DNA of 63,326 nt, counting the filler, from Asterionella formosa (lineage: Eukaryota), in NCBI GenBank assembly GCA_002256025.1. It is 4 parts of 4 records of this genome, joined end to end, with 100 filler letters (N's around TTAATTAATTAA, not from the genome) between each part and the next. Parts side by side here need not be neighbours in the genome. Positions count along the whole stretch, not along the records: positions 1 to 29,652 come from NKIB01000984.1; 3 more parts are not named here. One strand, 5' to 3'. Under the pieces are notes generated by a model. That model had not been told where the DNA came from. It saw nothing but the letters and a program-made list of their open reading frames with translations, and did not search any database. Positions 12,436 through 24,760 of this stretch are shown here, piece after piece. Both the position numbers and the translations under genes were made by a program. How positions within the stretch are numbered: position 1 is the stretch's first letter; each line of letters begins with the position of its first letter.

Positions 12436-12994
12436 TTGTTATTAAAGTGAGCTCATCTACGGTGTTATGACTCACAGTCAAACGAGTCAACTTTGATGTA
12501 CCAAGTGCTCATCAACCACACGTTCAACGTTGTTACTCTGGCTATAATGAGCCGGACGGTATAAGCTATTTCGGAAGACCGATAGTTTGAAAATAAATGA
12601 TCAATGGATAAAAACCTATGATCAGTAAGTGTGAGATAGACATGGGTCTATCTATGACTGTATGTTTCTAGAAATGCAAACAGCATTTGGAGAATTGTTT
12701 GTTTGTTCAAACAGAACAACCTAAACTAGTTTAGTAAACTCACCAAAAGATTATAGAAACGGAAAGAGAAGTGAAGGTCTCTATCTACTGTCTTCTTTGT
12801 ACAACAATATAGAGCTATCTAATAAAGGTAATACTTTAACATCACTTGAGCATCCCATCTCGGTTTTCGACCGTTCGTTGTGAACCAAAGAGTAAACTCA
12901 CAAACTGGAAGTGCGACGCTTACAAGGCAGAACATAGAATTGCGTGTGTTCTATTGGCATTGCGGGTATCAATGGTATTAGGCATATGCAGTTC

Positions 12995-15258
12995 TTAGTG
13001 AACTGGATCTGCATAGACAATAACTACATGCTCCTCTGGTGATGGCGATCTTGGCCCTTCACAGATGAACGGTGGGTATCCGGTAGTTACCCCTTGTGAC
13101 TGGACAAAGGAAGAAGAACCGGTGAACGATGAGTATCCAGTAGTTCCCCCTTGTGATTGGCTAAAGGAAGAAGAACTATAGGGGGTAACCGGGTCTTCTG
13201 TGGTAGGAAAAGGTTGGTTCACATCAGCTTCATGTGTTGACGATTGTTCATTGAATGCCTGGGTCACTTGTGTATCCTCGGCTGAGAGCGATTTTCGTCT
13301 CTTCTTGGTGAACCAAAGAGCGAACACGCAAGCCGGAAGGAGGACGCCCAGAAAGACGGAAAGTAGAATTACATTTGTTTTATTGGCATTGCTGGTATCA
13401 TAGCATTGGGTCGACGGTTCCGTCTGGCCCACTGTACAGCACACTTTTTCCTGGGAAAGTCAAGGGCAAAGGTTGCACGTGGTGAGTTTAGAAAAGACTG
13501 AAAAAATAGGCTATAATGTTCAATTCACCCACCCTATACGATCCTTTTGACTGAAAATTCTTGTTATTCCAAACCTCGATTTGATAATGTGATATATTTT
13601 GACAAACTTTGATAGCTTCGAGTGTGCAATTTTCGCTGAAGTAGCAAACAGATTCGTTACCAGCGAAATATCGAAATTTTTCCAACGCGCATGAGTCCAG
13701 CTCGTTCAGGGATGGGTCAGGCTGAGTTGAAGATACAATACGTCTTGTAAGCACTTCTTCCCTCTTCCATTTTTCGTCGCCGAACAAAAGGTCAAGAGTC
13801 TTCAAGTTTAAGTCAATTCCAACCACCCCTAAGAGGAGCGGTGGGTTCTGTGAATTATCAAAAGCAGCAGCAGAAACGGTGGTACCATTTATTTTGCCAC
13901 TGATATAAGGGTAGGGTTTCACCCACGAATGATTACCAGTTCCAATAGCAAAGATTCGAGAGTACGACGTCAAACCATCAAAGACTGAACTTATATTGAC
14001 AATTTCAGACCAGAATCCAATCGAATTGTTGGTTGTACTTTGGCATGCTAGTGTCTTGTTGAAATCGTTGCTGCGATCACCAATACTGTAGGTGAAAAAG
14101 AGGATTTTGTGTTTTTCGTTAATTTCCTGAACTTTGTCATTGACAAGTTGCACGACAGAATCTGAGGAATTGGTAAGTTCGGGATCATTTGTCAACAGGA
14201 GAATGGCATAGGGGTATCCTTGATTGGTACTGAAGCGGTCAATGGATTCTTTGAGGGTGGCAAAGGCTCGTTCAAGGGCGCCATAAAGGTTGTCACCTCC
14301 ACTTGCAACAAGAGAATCAATCTTATCTAGGAGAAATTGCTTGTTTGATGCATTAAGCTCCAGCAAGGTGAGATTATTTTCCCCAATAACGTAAGAATCT
14401 TCGTTGAAGGGAATAATAGCAACGCGGTCGCCCACAATATTGTCACTCTTATAACCTACCAGAAGGTTGTTGATCACGGTTTGGGCTGTCTTCTTCAGTA
14501 TGCTGAAGCGTTCTCCGCTCATGGAATTGGAGGTGTCCAAGACCAAAATGACGTTCTTCGGGAAAGAGGTGGCAGCGTTGTACCAAGTCCGGTTTCGTGG
14601 GTCAAAGCCGCACGAACTTTCAAATAGGCGTGCAGGAAAGATACGAAACATGCCTTGTTGAGATCCAAAATACATGGGAAACGCCTCAACCTTGACCTTG
14701 GGCACACCAAATTCAGCGAATTTCTTGGTATATTTCTGCTGTATTTCTTGAAATAGAGTGTCAAGACTTCTGGAATAGCAAATGCTTTCAATAACCTTTA
14801 TTGGAAGGAAGTGGAGTAAGGGCGAGTGTTGCACTCAATCATGCGATGTTTAGGTGCTGGCCTGAGTCCTAAGCACTTACGACAGGGTCAGTTGGGTTTC
14901 CATCAATGCCGTCAATTTCACAATTCAAGACCACATTTGATGCGTTAAAGTCAAACAAAGCGCCACATTGACCTCCACCTCCACCACTTGAGGTGCAGTT
15001 GGCGACGAAATAATCCCCCAGACTGGTCACACATGTCGGGGTGGGAAATTTCGAGTAGTAAGCGTCGTAGTTGCTCCCATTGCAGCCGTGAAGAGCAGTG
15101 GTGCAGCGACTTTGAAAATCATTTTCGACTGCCTTGGCCAGGAGTTTCACGTCGTTCTCCATTTGGTCCATGAATTCTCTAGCTTGCGCCTCGTCCGCGG
15201 TGGTGATGCATGGCAAGAGTAGGCTCAAGAGAACTGCAGTGAATCGACCGAGATTCAT
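12995..15258 (-). CDS. Type I membrane VWA-domain protein, calcium-channel alpha2delta-like (paralogue 1)
   Basis: Exons 15258-14881, 14795-13533 and 13450-12995 (GT-AG, phase 0). Signal peptide, then FDPRNRTWY..PKNVILVLDTSNS (VWA_N/VWA junction, DxSxS) and a Cache-like WVKPY...LLGVVGID segment. TM helix VILLSVFLGVLLPACVFALWF is followed by KKRRK. Confidence 0.85.
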
Positions 15259-16529
15259 TGTGCTGTGCTGTGGGATCACAACTACTAGTATACTGTTGTA
15301 TAATATGTGTGGAAACAATCAATACATGCGACAATGATGATAGATACCGGTAGATATGACAAGTTGCGAACAACAACTCAAAATATAATACAGTTCTTGC
15401 CTTTGCTTTTTTGCTTTGTTGATCTTGCTTTCAAAAAATCTGCCATCTGGTGCTACCTGTTACCAGGTAAGAAATAGTAGGTACCAGGTAATCCCCAGAT
15501 ACCGGAATGTAGCTTACAGGTAACTACGTATGTTTACACGGTACCAGATACTACCGGCATATCAAACAGAATTCTTCTGCACGCCCACAGTCGTTATATG
15601 CATTGTTTTTTATGACGACAGGAATTGTAATACCGGTAAACGACCGGTGTGGTAAGTACGACAAAACGAGGTCTTCTTTTCAACTCGCATCGACTTGATG
15701 TTCCTTTCGGTAGACATACCGGTACCGGTACTTGTCCGGCGTACACATCAATGCATGGATACAATAGCTCGCTGAGTCGTGCCGAACATCTGAAATGCAT
15801 ACCGGTATTTCATAAAGTACCGGTGGTATATGCATACGTAAAACATAAGTCGAACTACGGTATCCAGAAGCCTCTGTAGGCTTCCACTATATCATAAGTA
15901 ATTGAAGAATTGTATTCAGGTTTGAAAGTAACTTAAAAAATAGATAAATAGCATGATGTAAACAAATCCTGTCGGGGAATATTAACTGGTCTATTCCCAC
16001 CAGTATGTAAAGGAATTCTTATTGCAGAATGACTTGACAGTTAATAAAATAAATGGAAGCCACAATCCTTCACCACCAGCAAAAGGAAACTCAAAGTAAC
16101 TCAACCCCACCAGAGAAAACTGTGGCATCCTATGGTCTCCAACTAAGATTTGTTATACACTGAAGCTGCTAGCTAGTAACTTACCAAATAGAAACCACTG
16201 ATATATTACCAACATGAATAGGAAAACTAACACACACTGGATAGCCAAATGTCCTTACTTATGGCTGGTATGAATGAAACACTTACTCCAAATGACACAT
16301 GATATTGCAAGTGCGCAAGAAAGTAATCCAAGAGCGCAATTGGAAAAACAACACACACACCTGGCCTTCATAAAGTTACTCTGCATGGGTTCTGCAGATG
16401 TTCTCATCACCTAGTATAGGAGGTTGTTCCCAGGGAGGAAGCCATGGGTTCTCAGAATACCCTTGTGCTGCCAGGAAGGAAGGGGCTACTAGTGGGAAAT
16501 GGTTCATCTGTACTTTCTCTGTTCCTGCA

Positions 16530-16960
16530 TAGTTGCAACAAAACTTAATGTCTTGGCTGATCATGAAGTCCAAGCTCCAATAATTTCCCAGATAAGAACC
16601 TCTACTATTAACAAATCATTCTGAATTGAGTGATGTTTACAATATATGTTCTAAGTAGTCTAGAATTAGGTGAACCTGACCTGGTTTTTCATGACTTATT
16701 TTCCTGATTGGAATGTTTGCTATGGACACCTCCCTTTTTTGTTGACTCTTTGTTAGTCAATAGACAGAAGAAGAAGAATTTAACACTGAAACAGTGACAA
16801 TACATTACCAATTGCTCATTTTGCAACCTTAAAAGAGATGTTGATGAGACCATCAACATGTATGGCCAGCTCATCATAAATCTGGGCATGCACAAAACTT
16901 TGGCTATATTAATCAATGCCTGTAGAAAAATGCGCATTTTGTCCAGAATTGCATGCTCTT
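16530..16960. repeat. Degenerate dispersed repeat, inverted homologue of ~23915-24370
   Basis: The reverse complement shares ordered blocks with 23915-24370: cttttaaggttgcaaaatgagcaa / cttttgaggttgcaaagcgagcaa, gtcaacaaaaaaggg, aggtcaggttcaccta, tcagaatgattt, gagcttg, cttcatga, gttgcaactat. There are many stops in all frames. Boundaries are approximate. Confidence 0.7.
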
Positions 16961-17343
16961 TAGTTTCTTTAGCTGTATCCCTTTGGTAGAAATTGCCACT
17001 ATTAGACATTCAAATACAGGTCAGTACACTGGCAAAGAAAAATCAACAGCCCTAAACAATCCACATGTATTGCAATTTAGCTACATACTCATCTAAAAAT
17101 ACTAATCTAACCTTTGCACTTGTTGCCTGCATTGTCTTCTGTAGAACATGAATACTGTTTCTACAGAGGGCTTCTTTTTAGGACATGGATTGAGGAATCC
17201 AATGAAAAGATTTGTTGCAATTATACCAGAACAGAGGGAGTACAAGGCACAAACTGGAAGTGCGACGCTTACAAGGCAGAACATGGAATTGTGAGTGTTC
17301 TATTGGCATCGTAGGTATCAATGGCATTAGGCATGTGCAGTTC

Positions 17344-19591
17344 TTAGTGAACTGGATCTGCATAGACAATTACTACATGCTCCTCTGGTGATGGCGATCT
17401 TGGCCCTTCACAGATGAATGGTGGGTATCCGGTAGTTCCCCCTTGTGACTGGACAAAGGAAGAAGAACCAGTGAACGATGAGTTTCCAGTAGTTCCCCCT
17501 TGTGATTGGCTAAAGGAAGAAGAACTATAGGGGGTAACCGGGTCTTCTGTGGTAGGAAAAGGTTGGTTCTCATCAGCTTCATGTGTTGACATTTGTTCAT
17601 TGAAAGGCTGGATCACTTGAGTATCTTCGGCTGGGAGCGATTTTCGTCTGTTCTTGGTGAACCAAAGAGCGAATACGCAAACCGGAAGTAGGACGCCCAG
17701 AAAGACGGAAAGTAGAATTATATTTGTTTTATTGGCATTGCTGGTATCACTGGGAGGTGGAGGTGTATCACATGATGTTGATACTTCAGTTTTGCTGGGG
17801 TTACAGCAATAAGCTGGCTGTAAAGCAAGTCAGGGATACTGGTGAGATACCAATGTTGTTAAAACACATCCTCCAAGGCTGGCACTCACGTCATTTGTGG
17901 TATTGCTTGTAAAAAGGTTAAATCCATAATCTTCAGCTGGACAATCTGAGGCTGCTTTTGGTGTGAAGTTAGTTAAGCAAATGGAGTCAGTTGAGACAAA
18001 ACTCCGAAACGTTTCAAATTGAGAGCGATTGAACGTCAATTTCTGACATGTGGGTTCTTTTTTTTCGATCCGTCTCTGAAGAATTTCAATCCAATTTGGT
18101 CCTTTGTAGCCTGGACTGTTCAACACGACCTCCATAGCTTTAACGGAAAGGTTCATGCCAGCCACTCCCAAAAGGCGAGGGGGGCTGGTGGAATTATCAA
18201 ACACAGGAGTGAACACTGTGCTTCCATTGACCCCACCAAAGGCAAAGGTGTATGCATCACTCCAGCTAACGTTTTGTGGACCTTCAAAAGATCCATAGGC
18301 AAAAAGTTGACGATAGGCCGACAATCTGGAAATGATCACCTGCTCATTCTCTATCTTGGACCAGAACCCAGCTATTTGTTGACAGGCAAGCTTCTGGTAG
18401 AACAAGTCGGTATCTTCATCGTCACCACCGATACTGTAGATGAAAAATGGAATGGAAGAATTACCTCCTATCTTGTAACTTGTATCGTTAAGTCTGGTAG
18501 TGACGAGGTCAATGATATTTTGAACAGAAAAGGCTCTGTCCGTGAATTTGGTGTCACCGCCAGTCAAAACAATAATCGCATTGCTACATCTATTGTTTTG
18601 CGCAGCCTCACCGGTTATGGATTGATCCAGAATGTCAAAGGAAGTGTTGAGCGCAACATACAAGTTCTTTAAGCCGGTGGCGTTAAGGCCATCAATTTCA
18701 TTAATGAGATTCAGTTTGTTTTCGTCGTTTGCCGGTTTCCATGGATTCAATACGTCACCAATCACGTGCGAAATGTTGTTATTAAAATGAATAATAGCAA
18801 TTTTGTCACTGTCTGTCAGATTTTGAATCACTGTTTTTGCAGTTATCTTGAGTAATTTTAAATTATTGTTGGTACTCGATGTATCAAGCACCAGGACAAT
18901 GTTCTTTAGAACAAAGGTTGTGGCCGCAACGTACCAAGGGCGTGTTCGTGCGTCAAAGCGGGTTGCCCAATCCGAGGTGATATATCGGGCAGGATATATT
19001 CGAAATACTCCTTCATGAGATCCAAAAAATATTGGAGGTGGCTCAATTCCATATGTCTTGTTGTAGCCTAGGAGAGTCTCTCGTTGATTTCGAAAATAGT
19101 GATCGAGGGCCATGGTGTAGCAAACACTGTCAATAATCTGAAACATTCATGTCGACGATGCAAACGTTGTCAATTCATGAATTGATAATAATCAGATACG
19201 TGGATATTCACTGGCGACTTACTTGTGGGTACCATTGTCCACCTTCTTTCTGAGTTACAGAATTCAAGACCACGTTGGACACAGTATAGTCAAGCGGTTT
19301 CCCTTCAAGCGGTTTCCCATTGCAGGCAATTGAACATTTCTCACTATATTGTTTGCTTTCATAACAGGTCAGGTTAGGCAGCACCGTTTCGAACCAATCG
19401 AAGTTGCCCCCTTTGCACCTAGCAAGTGTTTCGGTGCAGTTTCTGTCCAGGTAAACCTCTTTGATTGCTTCGCCTAGCTCGCGAACCATGCGCTCCATAT
19501 CATACATTAGATCATTCAGCTTATCCGCGCGTCCATCAACGAATGAAGGGAGGAGAAAGAGAAGAACAAAGATACGGGAGGCAAGGATCAT
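17344..19591 (-). CDS. Type I membrane VWA-domain protein, alpha2delta-like (paralogue 2)
   Basis: Exons 19591-19223, 19137-17890 and 17817-17344 (GT-AG, phase 0, equivalent intron positions to paralogue 1). Motifs FDARTRPWY..KNIVLVLDTSS, WSDAY and LLGVAGMN. TM and tail are nearly identical to paralogue 1. Confidence 0.85.
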
Positions 19592-22056
19592 GGCTCCTTC
19601 GAAATGACAAAACAAGGAAAAGCGTTCCACTGGTTTTTTTGTAAACCAATGGGCTTTCTTTAAAGATATTTTCTTCATCGCGTTATAAACTATACGTATC
19701 ATTTATTATTTTTGAGTACAGTACCTTTTACCAGGTACTGGCTAGTAGGTTACCGGTAGTCGAACTACTGGTAGATAATAATATAACAGACTCGTTCTGT
19801 TAATAAAAATTATACCGGTAGGTTGTTTACTATGTATAGAGGAAGATCAGAACAGTTGGATATGTTCCGATCTTGAGAATTTGAGAAAAAGGAATACGTA
19901 TGTTTGCATACCACGTCAATTCTGGGATTACGTATGCACTATTTAAGTATAGAGTCAGTATCACCCTACAGGAAGAGAGGAATGGATTGACCATTGGAGA
20001 TCATTTCCAATTTTCACAGGGTATTTCATAATTTTAGTTTATATTTTACATTTTCACCTTTATTATCCGGTATTGCCACTGAGAACATCGTCACTGCTGT
20101 TAAAGACAGTTTCTGGTTAACAATAATAGCCAGCCCTTTTTCCCTTAACTAATAATGTACAGGCTATATTATCTACAACCAGGTATCATTGGTATTCCAG
20201 GTAGACCTATCATTAGTAAACATTACACATGAAGACAGGAATTTATGTAGGTTGCGGAGTACCTGGTGTACTTATGTAAACTTGAGACACCTGCTGGTGG
20301 GCTACCGGTATGTATTTACAGTACATTTGCATAATATGTATACGTATTCTATACACTATATTGACTGTCAACTAATGAAGATGATAGTATTACCTGTCCT
20401 GATGTTATGCATACTGTATCAACTGTTGACTATCATATAGCAGGTTGCAACCTGAAGATAAATATAGTAGGATATGTAGGCCTTACTAGTTTAGTAGGGT
20501 TGTTTTATATTTTATTATCAAAAGTAAAAATTTGTGATGTGCAGCACACTAAATTGATGCATTATTTGTTCTATATCATATCCATAAATGTTCCCTCTGC
20601 TCATTTCCCCACAAAAGGTATGCAACATTGATCTGTTGTTATCGTTCATGTTTGTTGATTTTGTTGCTACTCATGTCGAAATGCCATCACCTTCTAGCCT
20701 GTCGAAATCTCGACCTCATTTGCTTCCAAAGATAGATTTGTAAACACCAATTTGAGATACATTATTAATCTACTAGTATTAAATTGTATTTTATCGCCAA
20801 TAGAGTACTTCTTATGAAGATACTGCTCCCTGAATTGATCGATCGGCACCAACCAAACACCATGAATGCTGACAGGGTTGCTGATGGTGGCCATGCTAAC
20901 TGATATTGCTTCAACTTTTGGAATATCATATGAAAAGTATTCCCCAAAAGCATTCCACTCATGAATAGACAAAAGAATCTAAAAGCGTTTGGGGAATCAC
21001 TTTTGCATAAGAAACAGCGGCGATATTGAGCAACATGGTGAGGCGATCAAAGAAAAGAAATTGGCATGATTTTTGTTAATACTTTGTGCTAGTATGTAGT
21101 TCTGCGTGGGCTTCTATAATTATTATTTCGGTGCAACAAGCCGTAGGAGTATATATACCGGTACCAGGGTTTTTTTCCCAAACAGGGCTGAAAAAGAAGA
21201 GAAAACTATTCGTAAATTCAACTGCCCATTGGCATTTGCCACCACAATTGCACCACCGATTGCACCACTATTACTTAGAGACACAATCAGGCTACCCACA
21301 CGCACATTAAATCCGTGCTACTGCCTGCACTACCGTAGTGATATTTGCTACATAGGATCACGATCACATTCATATAAGATATATGTATTTTGTTGTAGCC
21401 AACGGCCGTAGCCTACCTGGCAGCACATACACCATATAATGGTCCATTCATCACATACTTACCGGTATTATCTGGCACCGGTAATAATAAAATACTGCAA
21501 CATTTCATATCATATATAGATTACTGCCGGTAATGAATTTTTAACTAAGGCCATGTCCTAGTATATTACGGTACCCGAAAGAATACCAAGATTGCTTGCC
21601 TCAAACAGAGGATAGCGAACCACAGCAATAATGATATTTCACAATGACTCCTTGCTGACGTCATATTGTCGCTGCACCACATTGCACCACCATAGAAAGA
21701 CCTTACTGATACTATTTTAAGTAAACAATTTTGGAATCTCATCACGATCACGCTTCCATCATTCCCATCTCACAATGACTTGCTCCATTTTGCAGCGTCT
21801 ATACAAGCAATCAAATCTAAGCTATTGAATAACTTGTTTCACATCTTTTGCTTTACTTAATCATGTTATTGTTTAGTCGTCTTATAGTCGTTGTACAGCT
21901 ACTGTGGGGGTTGAATTGTTTTCACATTTTGGTAGAATATTCTACGAACGGACCTATGAAACCCTGCAGTATGCTATGGTATTGTCCAAGAAATTCTACC
22001 ATGATACAACATGGTATCAAATGGGATTGAAGTAAAAAATTAAACTAAATATCAAC

Positions 22057-23666
22057 ATGGCAACAATGTCAACAAGAAGAGTAAATGAACCTACACAATC
22101 CCCTGTTTACAAGAGTGTCCTTATTGCTATGATGTCATACAGAGATGGCATAGAATATTCTAAAAGCTACGAGTTTAGTCCAGATGATTTTGGGGAAGTT
22201 ACACCTGAGGATGGTGTCTACAAATGGCTGGCTATGAAAGTGTATGGCCATCCTGATCCAAACAATGATGACAATCCAGCACATGGCCGGTCTTCTTCCC
22301 TGGAATACTACAAAAAGGCATTTTCGTATTTTATGCCAAATCGACTCTCCACTTGGAATGCTATTATGCACAGCAGTGGCAATTCAACAAGTTCGGTGCC
22401 TGTCAATATGGTTTGATTGACACACACAGCCTTTGGAAGTACTCATCAACACATGCACGTCGAAATGGCTGCTCCCGGGATAATGTTGCCTTCCGTGGAC
22501 GCTGGAAACGGCGCACAGAACAAGTTGACACTTACATTGATGTTGAGCTACCTTATTCAGACACAAACAAGGTTGCGGCAGGAGCCCTTTGTATTGGCGG
22601 CCCATGCAAGCATCATGTTCTGAATGAAGAAAGCGGTGTGTCTGATGATTGGCTTCTGCAATAGCTATGTAGTGCCAAATATATGCATGGAATTTCCATG
22701 TAATGTGGCACTTACGCTGGCATTTCCGCTCTTTTGGGCGGTTTTCAAGCCAAGTCTGCAGGGTTTCTAACCACCAGGCAAGCTGACACAACGGATCAGA
22801 TGGCATCCGCACTTGTACGTACTAAGAATCTACCACCAGGTACAAATCCTGTGGGGAAACGGCTAATTGTTGTGAATGGTGCAGAGGCGGAACTCTACAT
22901 TGACGAGATCTGGGATCCAGATGATTTTTCGGACAATGTGGGTGAAGAAGTTGCTGAAGTGTCAACAGGAGTAGCTGCAGTTTCAACAGTAAATAATGGA
23001 GGAGGAGGCGTACAGCAGCACCACCAACAACAAGCCATCAATGCATTTATTCAGAGGAACCGGAACAAGAATGAATTCCTTGGGCTGTACTCACAGCAAA
23101 GGGAGATTCAACGAGAGTTGAAGGAGATGCAAAGCCAGATTGCCATCCTTATAAGCACTGTGAGCAAAGGGAGCGGCAAGATGCAGACAAGCTTGAATCG
23201 ACTTTCCCGGATTCCGGCACAAATGCTCAGGGGCAGTGTTTCTAATTTTGCTTTCGGCATAACAAATACCAACAAGAACCTGAATTCAAATGTCGAAAAT
23301 GTTGCTGTCATAGAAACCAACAACAACAACCAAGCAGGCAATGACGACAAACAAACGAACATGGCTTTGGATCCTGTTCACAATAATAGCCTTTCCAAGA
23401 CAACAAAAACACTATTTGTTCTTTGGCAAGAATGGGAAGTTGGAATTACAGGACGAAAGCCAGCAAGGATATTTACAAGGGCAGAGAGGGGGAGGACAAA
23501 TTTTATCTATTATCGACGCAAGGTTTTCTGGGATACTGTGGCAGGTCTTGTTCAAGCTGGGTACACTGCACATGCTGCAATCAACCAAATCTTTAAGGCA
23601 TATGGTCCAGAGAAGACTGTTACTCAAATTCTCAACCAAATGTGGAAAGATTGCACCAATTTTTAG
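22057..23666 (+). mobile_element. Decayed, internally deleted Crypton (CryptonS-like tyrosine-recombinase DNA transposon)
   Basis: Four frameshifted segments in order: SSLEYYKKAFSYFMPN..GNSTSSVPVN; THSLWKY..HARRNGCS..RGRWK..DTYIDVELPY..LCIGGP; YVVPNI..VALTLAFPLFWAVF; and a C-terminal GCR1_C-like domain LWQEWEVGITGRKPARIFT..YYRRKVFW. Confidence 0.75.
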
Positions 23667-23914
23667 TGTGAGGCTGTTACAACCTTCATCTTGATTGAAT
23701 TGGTGTAACTAATGAGTGTAGTGACAAGGAGTCTGAGATTCTTCCATAATCATGTGCATTCTTATGGTGGTTGTTGCTGATGTTGAGGAATCAATTTGTT
23801 AGCAGCTATACAAAATATCAGAGGGAGAGTATTCTATTCCACCTCGATTATATTTCTGGGATAGTGCCTGGTAGGATTCACTATCCCCATTTGTGAACAT
23901 TTGTGAACAATGCA

Positions 23915-24370
23915 AGCGCATGCTTCTAGATAAAATAAATTGTGATTCTACTGACATCGAATTTTTGAGGAAAATGAAGAGGATGAACACCCAGATTAAC
24001 TACAAGCTGGCCATCCATTCTTCATTTCCATCATCATCATCCCTTTTGAGGTTGCAAAGCGAGCAAACAATGAAGAATTGACACTATTCTTGTGTCAAAT
24101 CCTTAATCCTTCTCCTTATGCCTACAGGTTACCAAAGGGTCAACAAAAAAAAGGGGGGGGGTTCAGAGCTAACTTTTCAACTTGGGCATGATTCTCAAAA
24201 AATATAGAAATGAGGTCAGGTTCACCTATTTCTAGGCTATACTTAAAAATATGCAATGTACCCCATTTGATTCCTCAGAATGATTTTTAAATAGGAGGGG
24301 CTGTTAGCCAGAGAATTATCAGAGCTTGTGCTTCATGAAAGGCAGTGACCTACACTTTGGTTGCAACTAT
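23915..24370. repeat. Degenerate dispersed repeat, inverted homologue of ~16530-16960
   Basis: Shares the ordered blocks listed for 16530-16960. It starts about 250 bp after the Crypton ORF. Confidence 0.7.
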
Positions 24371-24760
24371 ACATGAATGGAGTAAGTAAGGTTTAGCTGC
24401 CAATCAGAAGGTAAGGTTGCAGTCAGCCATTCCATCATATTAGTCCATCTCTGTCACCACCTCATTTCCAGGTAGTACTGGGAAATGTAAATATTTTGTA
24501 ACCTCCTCAAAGCTCTGCAGCACGCAATGACACAAAACCTCTAACACAATTTACCTGTAATACATACCCTAAATAAAAAATTTATCTGCTTTACGCATAC
24601 ACGCCGATTTGCCGTGGGAATATGTCAAATACCAGGTGGGCACTTCTCATGTCCTGCAGAATGGGATAACTAGCACGTTTAATTTTTAGCTCAATCAGAT
24701 CTCAGCCACAGTTAATCGCCACTTCACAGAGTTTTGCCTTTGCTGAAATGGTTCGCTTTA

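Noticed and set aside
20694..21080. Possible gene (SIHGVW resembling RNase T2) or decayed ORF
   Set aside because: No second catalytic motif and no convincing start, and the plus-strand frame has several stops.
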